Below are positions 1 to 16,584 of a stretch of 64,000 bases of DNA, one piece after another; within the stretch, counting starts at the first letter, position 1, and each line of letters starts with the position of its first letter. Position numbers and translations under genes: made by a program. This stretch comes from the human T2T-CHM13v2.0 reference genome, Homo sapiens, in assembly GCF_009914755.1 (NCBI RefSeq), contig NC_060928.1; one strand, 5' to 3'. The notes under the pieces are model-generated. The model saw only the letters and a program-made list of their open reading frames with translations, searched no databases and was not told where the DNA came from.

Positions 1-319
1 AATCATGCTTATACACACAACTCCGTAACATCAGAAGTTTCACTGAGAATGAGACTAAAATCCTGCTCACTTTGCCTTCTCTGGTCCCTTTAGTACATAA
101 ATTTCCTTAAAATAACTGAACCAGGACTGACTTAGGTCATTCAAAGTGAATAATAATAAATAAGAATAATTACCACAGGTCTATATACCTTACTACTACC
201 ACTGCTAGTGGGGAAAAGAGGAAAGAAATAGAAGTGAGAAGAAATGATAGATGCAAGTATCTCCATTGAGGAAATGACAATCCATAACAATCTGAATTGT
301 AAGTTTTCATGAAATTAAC

Positions 320-830
320 AAAAAACACAAACCAGAGATCTAAGAGGTTAAGGGAGATACAGAAAAAATACAGGAGGATGATAAACTAGTAGAGTTCCAG
401 ATAAAAGTGGTGCAAAACCATCACATAAATGAAGGTTACATTGAAACCAACAGGAGAATAGAATAGATGCCACTTAAATCCTAGTAATGACACAGAATGT
501 AGGATTGAGAAAAGTGAGGATAGTAAAATATAGTAAGCAAGGATGAAAAGGATTAGAGAAAATATGTTAGATATAGATGGCAGACACAGAAAATGTGATG
601 TATACATCATTGGGTCCCTCAATAAGCAATCTGATGAATTAAAGACAAAAATATCCAAATATATAATTCAAAAAACTTTCCAGAATGAAATCCAGTTAGG
701 ATCCACAGATTTTTTTAACAATGTTCTCTGCCACAGGAAAAACTGGTATAGAATGATCAAGCTGTGACATATCCAAGTATATATTACTAGGTTCAAACAC
801 TAGGAAAAGAGTCCCTTGATCATTTTTGCA
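320..830 (+). mobile_element. Old L1 (L1M) ORF1-like fragment
   Basis: A-rich degenerate ORF1-like sequence (...MLDIDGRHRKCDVYIIG...). Confidence 0.45.
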
Positions 831-845
831 AAAGGAAAAAATCAC

Positions 846-1219
846 TGTCCTAATCAGCATGGGCTGCCATAATAAAGCCCCACAGACTAGGTGGCTTCAT
901 CAACAGAAAGTCCTTTTGTCACAGCTCTGGAGGCTGGAAGACCATGATCAGGATATCAGCATGGTCAGGTTCTGGTGCGGAGCAGCTTCCTGGCTTGCAG
1001 ATGGCCACCATCTCATTGTGTCCTAAAATGGCAGAGAGTAAACAAGCTCTGGTCTCTTCCTCTTCTTATAAGGACGCTAACCCCATCCTGGGGATTCCAC
1101 TGTCACAGCCTCATCTAAACCTTATTATTTCCCAAAGACCCCACCTCCTAATCCCATCACATTAGGGGTTAGAGTTTCAACATACAAACCTGGAGAAACA
1201 TAGGCATTAAGTCCGTAAC
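846..1219 (-). mobile_element. MLT1-type MaLR LTR
   Basis: ggctgccataataaag...cacagactaggtggctt...tcacagctctggaggctggaag...ggggttagagtttcaacata...tccgtaaca. Confidence 0.75.
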
Positions 1220-2328
1220 AGTTATCTATACAGCATAAAAATTGGTTCCAGTCTTATACCTCTTCATAGATACACTCACAGCACTAAAAGACAATGGACT
1301 ACACTAAAGAAAGGAAAGAAACACCCTATAACTTTATATTTAGCGAAACTGTCACAAGATATAAGAGCCATAACCCTACATCTTTTTAAACATAAAAGAA
1401 CTCAGGAAATATAATTGTCAACAAGATTGTTTTTATAGAAAGTACCACAGGGTAGCCTTGAGAAAACCAAGTAATGAATAAAGAAAGGAAGGGACTAGTG
1501 GTCAGTTCTGAGTTCATTTAACTCACTAAGAATTAATACTTAATTAAGCTGTGCTTAAGTACTAATTAAGCTGTGCTTAAGTATTAATTCCCCTCTGTGG
1601 TTGTAGAGGGGAATGTAAATGTTTAAAATAATGATAATGTAGTTCTAGTATAAATAATGCAAATTGGGAGAGGAAGTGAGAGATAAGGTAGAAGGTAGTG
1701 ATGAAGACTGTTCTTTTCATAATAGATGAAAAATGTCACCACCAATAAAATTACACAAAATACTGAGTGGATCACATATTTACAACCTCATCACTGGCAG
1801 ATGGAGTAACATAATTGAAATATTGAAGCAATTTTATTCTTACACAAACAGAGGGTCACATTTCAGGCTGACCTTCTAAAAAATATTTTATGTTGTAAGG
1901 AGCTGGATGAACCTCTGGCCGTTAGCCCATTTAAATTATTTCTGGAACCAATATAAATGAATAAAAACATTCAAATGTTTACATTTATCTCACATTTATC
2001 ATGTTTTCTACTTTACCCTTATTAACACTCCAACTTTCCTCCCACCATGGAATTTGGTTAAAGATTATCCTAATTTTGAATTACTTCCAAGATTATTTTC
2101 TTAAAAAATAGTGCTTATTTTCTTTTATAGTAATTGTAATTTTGGGCAAATTTTGTCTGGCATTTACGGGTATATATTGGTATACACTGACAAAATTCAT
2201 AAATGACTGCGTACCAATTTTGGATGGGATACTCAGTTATACATTTTGCTGGAATTTGTGAAATAATTTCACAAGAAGTTTTCCTTGATAAACAACACTG
2301 GAAAGGAAATTTGCAAAATTCACTGCAT

Positions 2329-2414
2329 CATATATGTATGTATATATATATGTGTATATATATATATGTGTGTGTATATATATATGTATATATATACACA
2401 CATACATACATATA
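2329..2414. repeat. (TA)n/(TG)n/(CA)n compound microsatellite
   Basis: Read directly from the sequence. Confidence 0.9.
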
Positions 2415-4199
2415 CCACTCTATGTTTTCTTGCAAAACTATGATCCTCTTTGGTCTATTCATTAGTGATACTGGGGTAAATTATTAAATAATGCTATGCA
2501 TTAACATAGCAGCTTTCCCTACTGTGGCTAAAAACTCAATTTAAAATGATCTATCACTAGGCAAAGAGGGAAAAATCTAAACATACAATGATGCTACATT
2601 GTCTTCTGTGTTAACCTTGATTGCTTCTTGACCTGTGTGTAGGCGATATTATTAACAGTTAGAAATACTCTATTCACGACAGCTACAGGCAATGGTATCC
2701 TTGGAATGATAGATTAATAATCATAGAGTTAGCTAATTAGTTTAAATATTATTTATGTCAGAATCTAAGCTCATTTCTACTTATTCTGAGGCAAACTCTT
2801 TGAATATGAAATATGATTTCTCAGGACTCTTACAAGAAAAACATCATATATAAGATTCATATATGGAAACACAAGCTGATAAGTTAGGGAAAAATATTTT
2901 AAATTGGTTGATACATGGGAGTAGGGTGTGGAGAGGCTATTGATTGGGAAGGGACAAAAGAGAACACTCTGAGGTGATGGAACTATTCTGTGTGGTGTTA
3001 GGAGGGTACGTATTTCTCAAACAGACCGTATGAAATTCTTAATCTGAGCATTTTACTCTATGTAAGTTATACATCAATAGTAAATAATTCTTTAAAAACT
3101 CACTAAAAATTACCCCTGTAAATTCCACTTGATTTAGTTTATCAGTGAGTTTTGAAAATACAAGCAGGGATGGTAGCTTGAATTGAAAACACTATTTGAA
3201 CACTAGGATTTCAAATCTGAGACTCCTAAGAATTTGATTACAAATTATTCAGTATCCATTTCACTCCTGTCAGACATGCATAAAGCTAAGATACTAACAT
3301 TAACCAAACTTATTGGGCTGTCTGAAGAATAAATTAATTGAATATCTCTAAAACACTTAGCAATAGAAGCAAATCATTCTTTGTATCCTATATAGTTAAA
3401 CTTGATGTGCAAAATGAAAAGTCATCACTCTCTTCGACACTTGTTATTCTCATTTATGCTATACATTACATTTATAGAGGTAAAACTATGTAAAATACAT
3501 GTAAAATTGGGGACAGGTCATTGTTATTTTGCATAATTTATTTTTGGTGAGCAGAGAACCTTTTTGGTCAATTTATATAAATACTATAGTGTTTTTGTCA
3601 TTATAACCAGGAGACCAATTTGTTGAATTGGACAGCTGGAAGCAAGGAAGGGAAAAAGTATTTCACCGAAAAGGCAGAAGACTGGCATCAATTGCAAGCT
3701 GTGGAATCAAGACAACTTTGGCTGAGTCCCATTTTATATAGGACTAAAGGAGAGTGCAGTCCTCAAAGGCAATAATATTTATGAGAACAAAGAAGACTGT
3801 GGAGAAATTTTAGGCAGTAGAAGAGAGCAGAAAGGCCAAGAGGATCAGGGTTGAAGTAAGCTATATAGCAAATCAGGCATTGCCCAGTTACCTGGGAATT
3901 ACATTCAGGCAAAGCAGAAATACCTGAAGCTAGTTGCTTATACAACCAAATATTGAGAAGTAAAGATATTTTCATCTAGAACAATCCTAAAAATCACTCT
4001 TGTTTCTAAAAGGCCAAAGGTAGTGGGCAGGTATACAAAGAAAGGGATATTTATGAGAGAGGGCCTGACATTTAATCTATTTATGTAAGTGACATCAATA
4101 CATATTGTCAAGCCTGGATATGACATAATTAATCATTAATACAACCTAATTGCAGAAGTTCTTTTTAAAAATAGAGTTATGTCTCAGAATAAAGAAAGA

Positions 4200-4392
4200 T
4201 CCCTAGCTCCAACACTTATTGCCTCTATTTTCTTGGGCAAATTACTTCAACTCACTAAGCCTCAGTATGCTACAGTAAAATATAGATAATAATAGTACCT
4301 ACTTCATAGGATGTTTGGGAGGGATAATGATAAAATGCTTGCAAAAACATTTAGCATTTAGTACTTAGAATAAAGTAAGCACCCAATAGATG
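4200..4392 (+). mobile_element. MIR SINE
   Basis: ttgggcaaattacttcaactcactaagcctcag...gataataatagtacctacttcatagg MIR core. Confidence 0.75.
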
Positions 4393-4784
4393 TTAAAATC
4401 TGACATATACACACACACACATATATACACACATATTTACACATATTTGCATGTGTGTATATATATATACATATACACATAATATAAATATTTAGCAAAA
4501 TAGAAAAATTTGACAAATATACATTAAAAACTCTACTTGTTACTTATGGAAGAGACTGGCTATCTACCACATCTGTTTCCCTTTCCTTCTGGGTCCACAG
4601 CTATCTTATGTGCCTTAAAGTAAGGTATTGCAGGTATGGAGTTCCTGCCACTGGCATGAGTAGCATGAATGTGTGCTGCTTCTAGATCTGGCAGGTGAAA
4701 ACCTTCCATGAATTCCTCTACCTGTTCTGTTTCCACCCTGCCAGCTCAATGTTGGGAGTCATTTTCCAAAGAATGGCAAGGCTC

Positions 4785-4970
4785 TGATCATTGGAGACTC
4801 AGAAAGGTGGAGGGATGGCAGAAGGGTGAGGGATGAGAAATTACCTAATAGGCATAATGTACACTATTCAGGTGAAGATTCCACGAAAAGCCTAGACTTT
4901 ACTGCATGCAATATGTTCATGTAACACAATTGCATCTGTATCCCTGTAATCTCTTAAAAAAAAAAAAAAA
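4785..4970 (+). mobile_element. 5'-truncated L1 3' end (L1PB/L1MA-like) with poly(A) and TSD
   Basis: gagggatgagaaattacctaataggcataatgtacactattc...; A-tail; flanked by aaagaatggcaaggctc (4768-4784) and aaagaatggcagggctc (4968-4984). Confidence 0.8.
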
Positions 4971-6089
4971 GAATGGCAGGGCTCAAATCTGACTGCAGGA
5001 ACTGAGTGCTACCACTACCACCATCTCCACCCTTGGTTTTGTTTCCTAGAGTTTTAAGTACTTGAAAAATATACTTCTATTGCATTAAGGCCATTGAAAT
5101 TTGGAACGTTGCCTATTGTAGTAACTAGAGTTACCTTGACTAATACACTGCTGAATCCAAATGGTGTATACATTATGGAACACCAGTTTCAAGTTTTTGC
5201 TGAGTGTATGAATAGAATAAGAGTGTGTCATTCAGAATTTTCTTTGGTTCCTCGTAATAGAACACCAGTTGCCAGCAGCTTTAAAACCTAGTTGTTTATT
5301 TTTATTATAAGAATGTAGGTCCAGAAATAGCAGTTGTTGCTTTATTTCAGCAGTCAATATATCTGGAATTCCCTTGCTTTTCCCTCATTATTACCATATG
5401 ACTGCTGTGGTTCCTACCATCATGTCTATGTACAAGGCAAAAAGAAGGTAGAAAACCTCACTGTATCTGTCCTTTTATTAGGAAATTCAAAGCTTACTTA
5501 AACTTAGAAGACAACTCAAGTTGCACTGGCAGAATTGTGTCATCTGGTCACCAATAGCCACAGAAAAGATGCAAAGTCAGCATTTGACTGGGCACCTTAT
5601 TGCTCTAGACATAACTATGGTTCTGTTATCAAAGAAGAATTGAGGAATGGCTATTGGCTAAGTAACTGACAATGTCTGTAACTTATAGTGGTAACAATGA
5701 ACTCTAACCTGACTGATTTTTAGTTCAGGCTATTTGTCTATACAGCTGATATCAAAAAACCCAGAAAAGGTCAGAAGGGACTGTGTTTTTACTAAATTCC
5801 AAAAGTTAACAGAAATAATTATAGCTCTGAAAAGGCTATAGGTTGTCACATGCTTATAACTTCTGCTTCCACATGGAAAGCCACTTGACATCTGAAAACC
5901 CTGCTCTCTGTTCACGGGCTTTCTTTGTTTTTGTTCACCACATGATGAGACAGAGACATAAAAACATTTTATCTGTTAACTTTTAAAATAACTTGAAAGG
6001 AAAAGGGAAAGTATATTTGAAATTATTTGGGTTAAATCCTTAAAGTCTCTAATATACTATATATTTAATCACGTTTTAATGTTTTCATT

Positions 6090-8054
<1,965 letters not shown>

Positions 8055-9149
8055 GTTTTAATTTTTAATTAAATTAAAACAGGTAATAGTCTTGTTTAGT
8101 TTGAGTGTTTAAGTACAATGAAGAACACATCGACTTGTTTTCTCATCTTATTGGGAATTTCTAAATAAGCAACTCTGCTATATGACTCATTAATAAAACA
8201 TATACTTTTGCCCTGTGAAAAACACCTTGAAGCTGCTTTTATATATTTATGACAGATTTCACTTGCTGTCATGACTCATGGATGGTAATAATTATAATTT
8301 ATTTGAAGGTCATTGTTTTCTTTTCTTAGTATGGGGGTAGTTTTAAATGAGACATTCAATCTAAGCTGAAAATTTTAATGTACTATATATATATATCTGG
8401 AGTATTTATATTTTCTATTTATTTTCCTTGTAAGTATTTTCTTCAATTTAAAAATTATTATGTGTAAGTATATTTGCATAATATATTTTCTGTGATTACT
8501 TGTTCATTTATAGTAAATTATAATTATTTTAATGAATTTTCATATAAACATATTTGTTACTTAGGGAAATTTATCCAAAGCCTTGAATTTTTTGTTTGTA
8601 AATATTCCAAACAAACATTAATTATTGCCAACTTTTACAGCTGGTCAATATTTTTTTAGCAAGAGCAGAAATTTATACCATTGTCCTGAAAGGACCTTAA
8701 TAGATATCAAGTAGTCTGCATGATATACAGACATTGCATTTCAACTTTATAACTCAATATTATGGTTTCCTTATTATATTGTGCTTGCTAAAGGGGAAAA
8801 TACTAACATTATTGTCAGCATGGCACACATAATTTTCACCTAAATTAGTTGATTTCTGCAATGCTACCATATCTGCTGCCTGTAAAAGCATAGGAAGCAT
8901 AATTCCATTTCATTTTTTATTAAATGATTGTTGCAAATAAGTTATAAATTCTTCTATCTTAAAAACAAATAAAGCCAGCCTTGACCCCATATCCCCTTCA
9001 TCTATGATTCCCTCTCCAATTTTCTTTGTTCCTTGTTAGCAAAGCTTATCGAAAAGTGGCCTATACTTAGATTCTGATTGCCTCTCTCCCTTCTTTTTCT
9101 TGAAAACACTAACCAGGTCTTCATCCCCATCACTCTGTTGAAATCTTAA

Positions 9150-9708
<559 letters not shown>

Positions 9709-10004
9709 TTTTTTTTCTTTTTTGACACAGGGTCTCTCTGTTGCCCAGGCTGGAGTGCAGTGATGCAATCACGGCTCACTGCAGCCTCAACCTCCTCTGG
9801 CTCAAGTGATTCTCCCACCTCAGCCTCCCGAGTAGCTGGGACTACAGGTGTGCACCACCACACCCAGCTATTTTTTGTGTTTTTTGTAGAGACAGGGTCT
9901 CCCGAGGCTGCCCAGGCTGGTCTATAACTCCTGAACTCAAGCAATCCACCTGCCTTGACCTCCCAAGTGTTGGGATTACAGGTGTGAGCCACCACACCTG
10001 GCCA
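9709..10004 (-). mobile_element. AluJ
   Basis: Full Alu in antisense; TSD gggacccc(c)ttttctt at ~9374 and ~10005 flanks both Alus. Confidence 0.92.
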
Positions 10005-10831
10005 GGGACCCCCTTTTCTTCTTAATCTATACCCACTATCTAGATGATCCCATCTAATCCCATCTGTATGCTGATGACTCCCAAATTTACATTTCTGGAG
10101 TTTTGTTCCTTGATTTGAATATCCAAACTAGCTACATGATACCTTCTTTTGAAATTAACTTTTCCAGAATTCTTTGTTTTCCTTTCCAGTCTTGATTTCC
10201 CAGTGTTCTCCATTTCAATAAATGGTACCACCATTCATTCTGTTGCTCAGTGCCATCCCTGATTCTATTTTTTTCCACAGCCTCATCCAACACATCTTGT
10301 AGTTTCTCCCTCAAAACACAACTGAAATTTGATGACTTGGCATTCTGTGCAACTACTCTCATCTTTTTTCTGAACAACTGCAACAGCTCTTAAACTCTTC
10401 ACCCTTGTTCCCTAAAGTCTATTGTCTACGTAGGAAAATATCTATGTTACACGATCTTGTGCAGTCACTGCTATTAACTCTCCAATTTTACACGTGAGAC
10501 TTAAAATGAAATCCAAGTCTGTGCCATGCCTTATGAGGTCCCACAGGTCAAATTCACATGGTTATTCTCTAGGTATTCACATGGTTTGCTCATTCACTCT
10601 TTTTAGGTTTATCTCAGTATTCTTTAGACAAACTTCTGATAATCCTATGTAACAGCTTCTATCACTCTATCCTCATACCCTGCTTAGAGGTTTTCGTACT
10701 TTTAATCGGTGAACATTACATTACATATGTACTTGTTTATCTGTTCAGTGTTTCTCTTCCCTATGAAAATAAATTGCATGAGCACAGGAACTTTGCTTTT
10801 TCCATTTATGTATACTCAGTACTAAGACTAG

Positions 10832-11333
<502 letters not shown>

Positions 11334-11671
11334 TGAAAATGTTGACAACCACCTTTATAACTAGCATGGAGAAGATAAGTTGACCTGGACAGATCTTCTT
11401 TGTTCTGGAAAGAGTCACAGCTTTGGTTATGTACTCTGAGACATGAGTTACCTGATTATCTGGGAATGGTAGAGCTAGTTCCCAATATTTGTCATAAGGT
11501 ATCAGAAAAAAAATTGTTATTATTAATTACCCTGAATGTTTTAAGAATGCCTATATCAGGCTTGGTTAACACAATTGCCTTTTCTTTATATAAAAGTAAA
11601 ATTTAAAATTATTAGAAAATAATAAACCTGTATCAAATGTCACAATAAGGTGTTTGAAAATGTATACTGGG

Positions 11672-13031
11672 TGATATGACTTGGCTCTGTTTCCCCACCC
11701 AAATCTCATCTCAAATTCTAATCCCCACATGTTGACAGAGAGACCTGGTGGGAGCTGATTGAATCAAGGGGGTGGCTCCCCCCTGCTGCTCTCATGATAG
11801 TGAAGGAGTTCCCATGATATCTGATGGTTTTAAAAGTGGCAGTTTCCCCTGCATGCTCTCTCTCTCTTCGGCCACCTGTGAAGAAGATGCTTGCTTCTCC
11901 TTCACCTACTGTCATGATTGTAAGTTTCCTGAGGCCATCCCAGTCATGTGGAACTGCAAGTCAATTAAACCTCTGTTGTTTATAAGTTACGCGGTCTCAG
12001 AAGGCAAGAGTTGAGGTTTGGGAGCCTCTGCCTAGATTTTAGAGAATGTATGGAAACACCTGGATGTCCAGGCAGAAGTCTGCTGCAGGGGTGGAACCCT
12101 CATGAAGAACCTCTGCTAGGGCAGTGCAGAGGGGATTTATGGGGCTGGGGCCCCTAAAGGGTCCCTACTGGGACTCTGCCTAGTGGAGCTGTGAGAAAAG
12201 GGGGTCACCATTCTCCAGATCCCAGAATGGTAGATCCCCTGACAGCTTGCACCAGGTGCCTGGAGAAACCACAGACACTCAGCGCCAGCTCATGGAAGCA
12301 GCTGCAGGAGCTGTATCCTCAAAAGCCACAAGGGCAGAGCTGCCCAAGTCTGTGAAAGCCCACACCTTCTATCAGAGTACCTTGGATGTGAGACATGGAG
12401 TTAAAGCAGATCATTTCAGAGCTTTAAGATTTAATGACTGCCCTTCTGGGTTTTGGACTTGCATGGGGTATGTGGCCTCTTTGTTTTGGCCAACTTCTCC
12501 TATTTGGAATAGGAACATTTACCCAGTGCCTGTATTCCATTGTATCTTGGAAGTAACTAACTTGCTTTTGATTTTACAAGCTCAGAGGTGGAAGGGACTG
12601 TTTGTTGCAAAGGCATGATTGGTTTTGAAATGTGAAAAGGACATGAGATTTGGGAAGGGCCAGAGGCAGAAATGATATGGTTTGGCTCTGTGTCCCCACC
12701 CAAATTTCATATCAAGTTGTAATCCCGTGTTAAGGGAGGGTCCTGGTGGGAGGTGATTGGATCATGGAGGTGGTTTCCCCCATGCTGTTATTATAACAGT
12801 GAGAGAGTTCTCACGAGATGTTTGTTTGATATGTCTGGCATTTCCCCTGCTCTCTCTCTTTCTCTCCTCCACTATGTAAGATGTGCCTTGCTTGCCCTTC
12901 ACCTTCCACCATGATTGTAAGTTTCCTGAGGCCTCCCCAGCCATGTGGAACTGTGAGTCAATTAAATCTCTTTTGTTTGTAAATTACCCAGTCTCAGGTA
13001 CTATCTTTATGGCAGTGTGAAAATGGACTAA
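11672..13031 (+). mobile_element. THE1/MST MaLR provirus with internal deletion (LTR 11672-~12000, internal ~12000-12672, LTR 12673-13031)
   Basis: Two similar LTRs starting tgatatg..ttggctctgt.tccccacccaaat; THE1-int-like sequence between them. Confidence 0.85.
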
Positions 13032-13551
13032 CTTTGCTTGTGTGACTTTTTAATATCAGGTTTTATATTTGAGATGTCCACATGCAATCCTGATCAAGAC
13101 ATTTAAAGAATATCTCATCAAACCTTTAGAGACCAAACATTTTGTTAGCAAAAACAGATAATACAATTTTTGAAAACATATACTGCATCATCAAATCCTT
13201 ACCATTGGATCATATTTAAGTAGCCAAGCAGCATTCTTTTCTTTCATTAACAATTAAAATGCTAAGATTTCATGTGACAAAGCAAACTTCAAATCCTGTT
13301 GAATATTTTGTGAAATATAGTGTATCAAGATAATCATGGAGTTCTGGTTTGATGAATGGCACTTCCATGGTTGGAATGGATAGTGCAGTCACCTTGCAGC
13401 TAGTTTGGATGCCATTAAAAGCTCACACAAACTATGAAAGGCAGTATATACTTGAAGATAGAGAACTGTACCTTCCAGGAGACTCCATGTAGCCTCCAGG
13501 CACCACCCAGCTTCTATTAGTCTGGCCATTAGGCTGGCCACCATAGTGATG

Positions 13552-13988
13552 CACAACGGATGAATAACGTACTCACTGATTATTCAGTGAAAGAGCAGCT
13601 AGGGTGCCGGGCCATGCACAGAAAGAGTTGTGGCAGCCCCACGCCTTGACTAGCTGGCCCTGTGGGCATTTATTCAGCACAGATTAATGACAAAGGCTTT
13701 GAGTCAACAAACCTGTGGATAATTAACCTGGGCAGCCTTCCCAGAGAGAGCCATCCTGCCTGCGAATGATCAAAGGTTAGTCTTAGGACCACATGAGTAA
13801 ACAAGCTATTTAGATAAACTCTGTTATATTCCTTTGTATCTGTGCCCTGCGCTCTCTGGCTCCTGAAAAGAGAATCTGGCTGCCTTCAGCCAAATCTTTG
13901 ACTGAAGCTATGCAAGCCCCCTGGCCTTCCAAGAAGGTTTGTGTCTATTTCCTATAATTTTTCCAACCACACCGATTGATCCCCTACA
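13552..13988 (-). mobile_element. Solo ERV LTR, LTR22 (HML-5)-like
   Basis: Minus strand begins tgtaggggatcaatcggtgtggttggaaaa; flanked by the direct repeat gtgatg (13546-13551, 13989-13994). Confidence 0.65.
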
Positions 13989-15302
13989 GTGATGTTTTTT
14001 GGGCATCTGAGAAATTAACCCCTTCAGCAGCCCACAGGCCCCTATCCATGGGAAGTAGCCTACTCCACAGCTGGCTACTGAAATGGATTTCATATGACTG
14101 AGGATCTTCATGGCCGAGGTAGAGCAATGACTGCCCATGTCCCTCGCTTTGTAGTAACCTGCAAGTACAAAATGGCACACCAGTAAGCCCGAGTCTCCAT
14201 ATGGCACCCTCCTAGAAGCCTATATGAAGCAGTTTGAGCCAGAGGGGACAAACTCAACTTGGGCTCTGTCCCGAGCTTCTGTAACTCCCTGACAGGAGCG
14301 CCCCCCACCCCCCACCCCCAGCGTTTGTAGTTTATCAGTGCACTTTAGCTCATGTATGTGCTTCAGCACACCAGTTGGAAATTTCTGGAGAAGAAAACAT
14401 AACCAGGAAGGCTTGCGGATCTGTTTCATTTGGACCTTGCAGTGTTCACTTTAAGAGTTTTGTTTGTTTAGTTGACATGGACACTGATATTTTAAAATAC
14501 AAATTCTGTCAAGGCAACTATTGGCTGTTATTGAGGAAGAGGTAGGCTCTGTATCCCCAGTTCATCATCACCTTTGCCCCTCCATTTTGCCTCTTCAATA
14601 CTGAGGTCATTTGTCCTTACACGTTTATCAATACACAATTATTTTTCTGGTGGTAGAATCAGAAAAAAGTCAAATATTTCTTTTAATTGTGTCTGTTAAA
14701 ATGAAAAATCTGGTGTTAGAAACAAATTCATATTTTAAGAAAAATAGCTCAGGGTGTGGGAAGAGCCCCTGAAGTAAAAATTAGAAAAAAGTAGCCACAA
14801 GCAACCATGCAATCCGTTCACCAGGATTGAAGCATCACTGTAGACCTTGACTTCAGCATCCACGCTTGGGTATATCTGAATTACAGCTCCATTCAAAAGA
14901 TAGTTCTATCTGGGATTCATTTTTTAGACTGAATGAACCAGTAAACACTGGGCTTGTTTCTTTTTTTTTGAATTTAATATTGCCACAGGAAGGACACCAA
15001 GACAGAAAAAAAATAGTGCTCTGGATGGGGCTTAATCTACTTAATTGTAAATATTAGAATATAGGTGAGCTTATTTTCTTTCCCAACTTAATGCAATGAT
15101 ACACACATATGCGGTTTTTCAATTAAAGGATTATTTTGTTGAAACTGAAAAATTAATGTAATATTTAAGTCAAATTTCTATCTGTAAGTTATAATACTCA
15201 TAATTTATAATTCTATTTTAATACTCATAAAACTTCTAAAATTTTATCTATAAAGTCCTGTTCATATATATAATATACACGCATCACAAACATTCATGCA
15301 CT

Positions 15303-15598
15303 ATTTTTTATTTTTTGAGACAGAGTTTCACTCTTGTTGCCCAGGCTGGAGTGCAATGGCGCGATCTTGCTCACCGCAACCTCCACCTCCCAGGCTCAAG
15401 TGATTCTCCTTGCCTCAGCCTCCCTAGTAGCTGGGATTACAGGCAAGTGCCACCACACCTGGCTAATTTTGTATTTTTAGTAGAGATGGAGTTTCTCCAT
15501 GTTGGTCAGGCTGGTCTCCAACTCCCGACCTTAGGTGATACGCCTGCCTAGGCCTCCCAAAATGCTAGGATTACAGGTGTAAGCCACCGCACCTGGCC
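15303..15598 (-). mobile_element. AluSp/Sq
   Basis: gtttcactcttgttgcccagg...; TSD attcatgcactatttt at 15292 and 15601. Confidence 0.93.
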
Positions 15599-16339
15599 AT
15601 ATTCATGCACTATTTTTATATTTTACTTTTAACTTACTATTCTATCAGCCAAAGATTATCCAGAACCAACTGATAAACTAGAAATGTCAAAATGCGGAAA
15701 ATATAGTTCCTGTCCTCATAAAGCTCTCGTTCAAGTTGGAAAATAGACGTATACACTTTAAAAGGTGTGGCTTTCAATAACAGTTATTTAGGGTAGGGAA
15801 ACAGTGTAGAGAAGAGTAAGTTACACTGTGTGTGGGATGGGTAGGAATCACAGTACACTTTCCTCAAAGGGGATCCATGAACACCATGGAGTTATTTTTA
15901 AAAGTTATATGGCCATGCATACAGAAATATAACTGAACTCAACCTCTAGATGGGGAGTCATTTCATCATATCTACTTCAAGTGAATGGATTCCATTATTG
16001 TGTATGGTTACTACAAGTCTCCCAGAAATCATAATATGATTTGGTTTTAAAAGCATAACAAGAACCCTAAAGCTTATGTCAAAAATAAAGTGGGTTCAAG
16101 AACAAAATCTGAAATGAAGAGTTACTAGGAGATTTACTTGAACTGTTACTTTCTTACTCAGTATTCAGTCCAGGTTTAAGTCCTTCAGCATCTGACATTC
16201 TCCTGGCAACTGTAATTGAATCAATGATGACTCATCTGAGATGAGCAAGTTGGTCCAGTCAGACCAAACAAAAGACATTCTATAATCAGGGGAGAAGTCT
16301 TCTCTATATCTCTCTTATATGAGCAAGTAAGTAAGCATT

Positions 16340-16520
16340 ATTATTATTGCTTTGTGGTTTCGAAACTGTGGGCAAATATATGTAAAATTTACCATCTTAA
16401 CCATTTTTAAGTGTAGGGTTCAGTAGTGTTACATACATTCTCACTGACGTGCAAGTGCTCTCCAGAACTCTCTTCATCCTGCAAAAACTGAAATTCTATA
16501 CCCATTAAACAACTCACCTT
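16340..16520 (-). mobile_element. L1MB 3' fragment
   Basis: aaaatttaccatcttaaccatttttaagtgta...ctgaaattctatacccattaaacaactc. Confidence 0.7.
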
Positions 16521-16560
16521 CTATGTCTTATAGTTCTGGAAACATAAAAAGGCATCTAGT

Positions 16561-16584
16561 TTTATTTATAACATTTCCTTTATT
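16561..16584 (-). terminator. Candidate distal polyadenylation signals (two AATAAA)
   Basis: tttatt at 16561-16566 and 16579-16584 on the plus strand. Confidence 0.55.
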
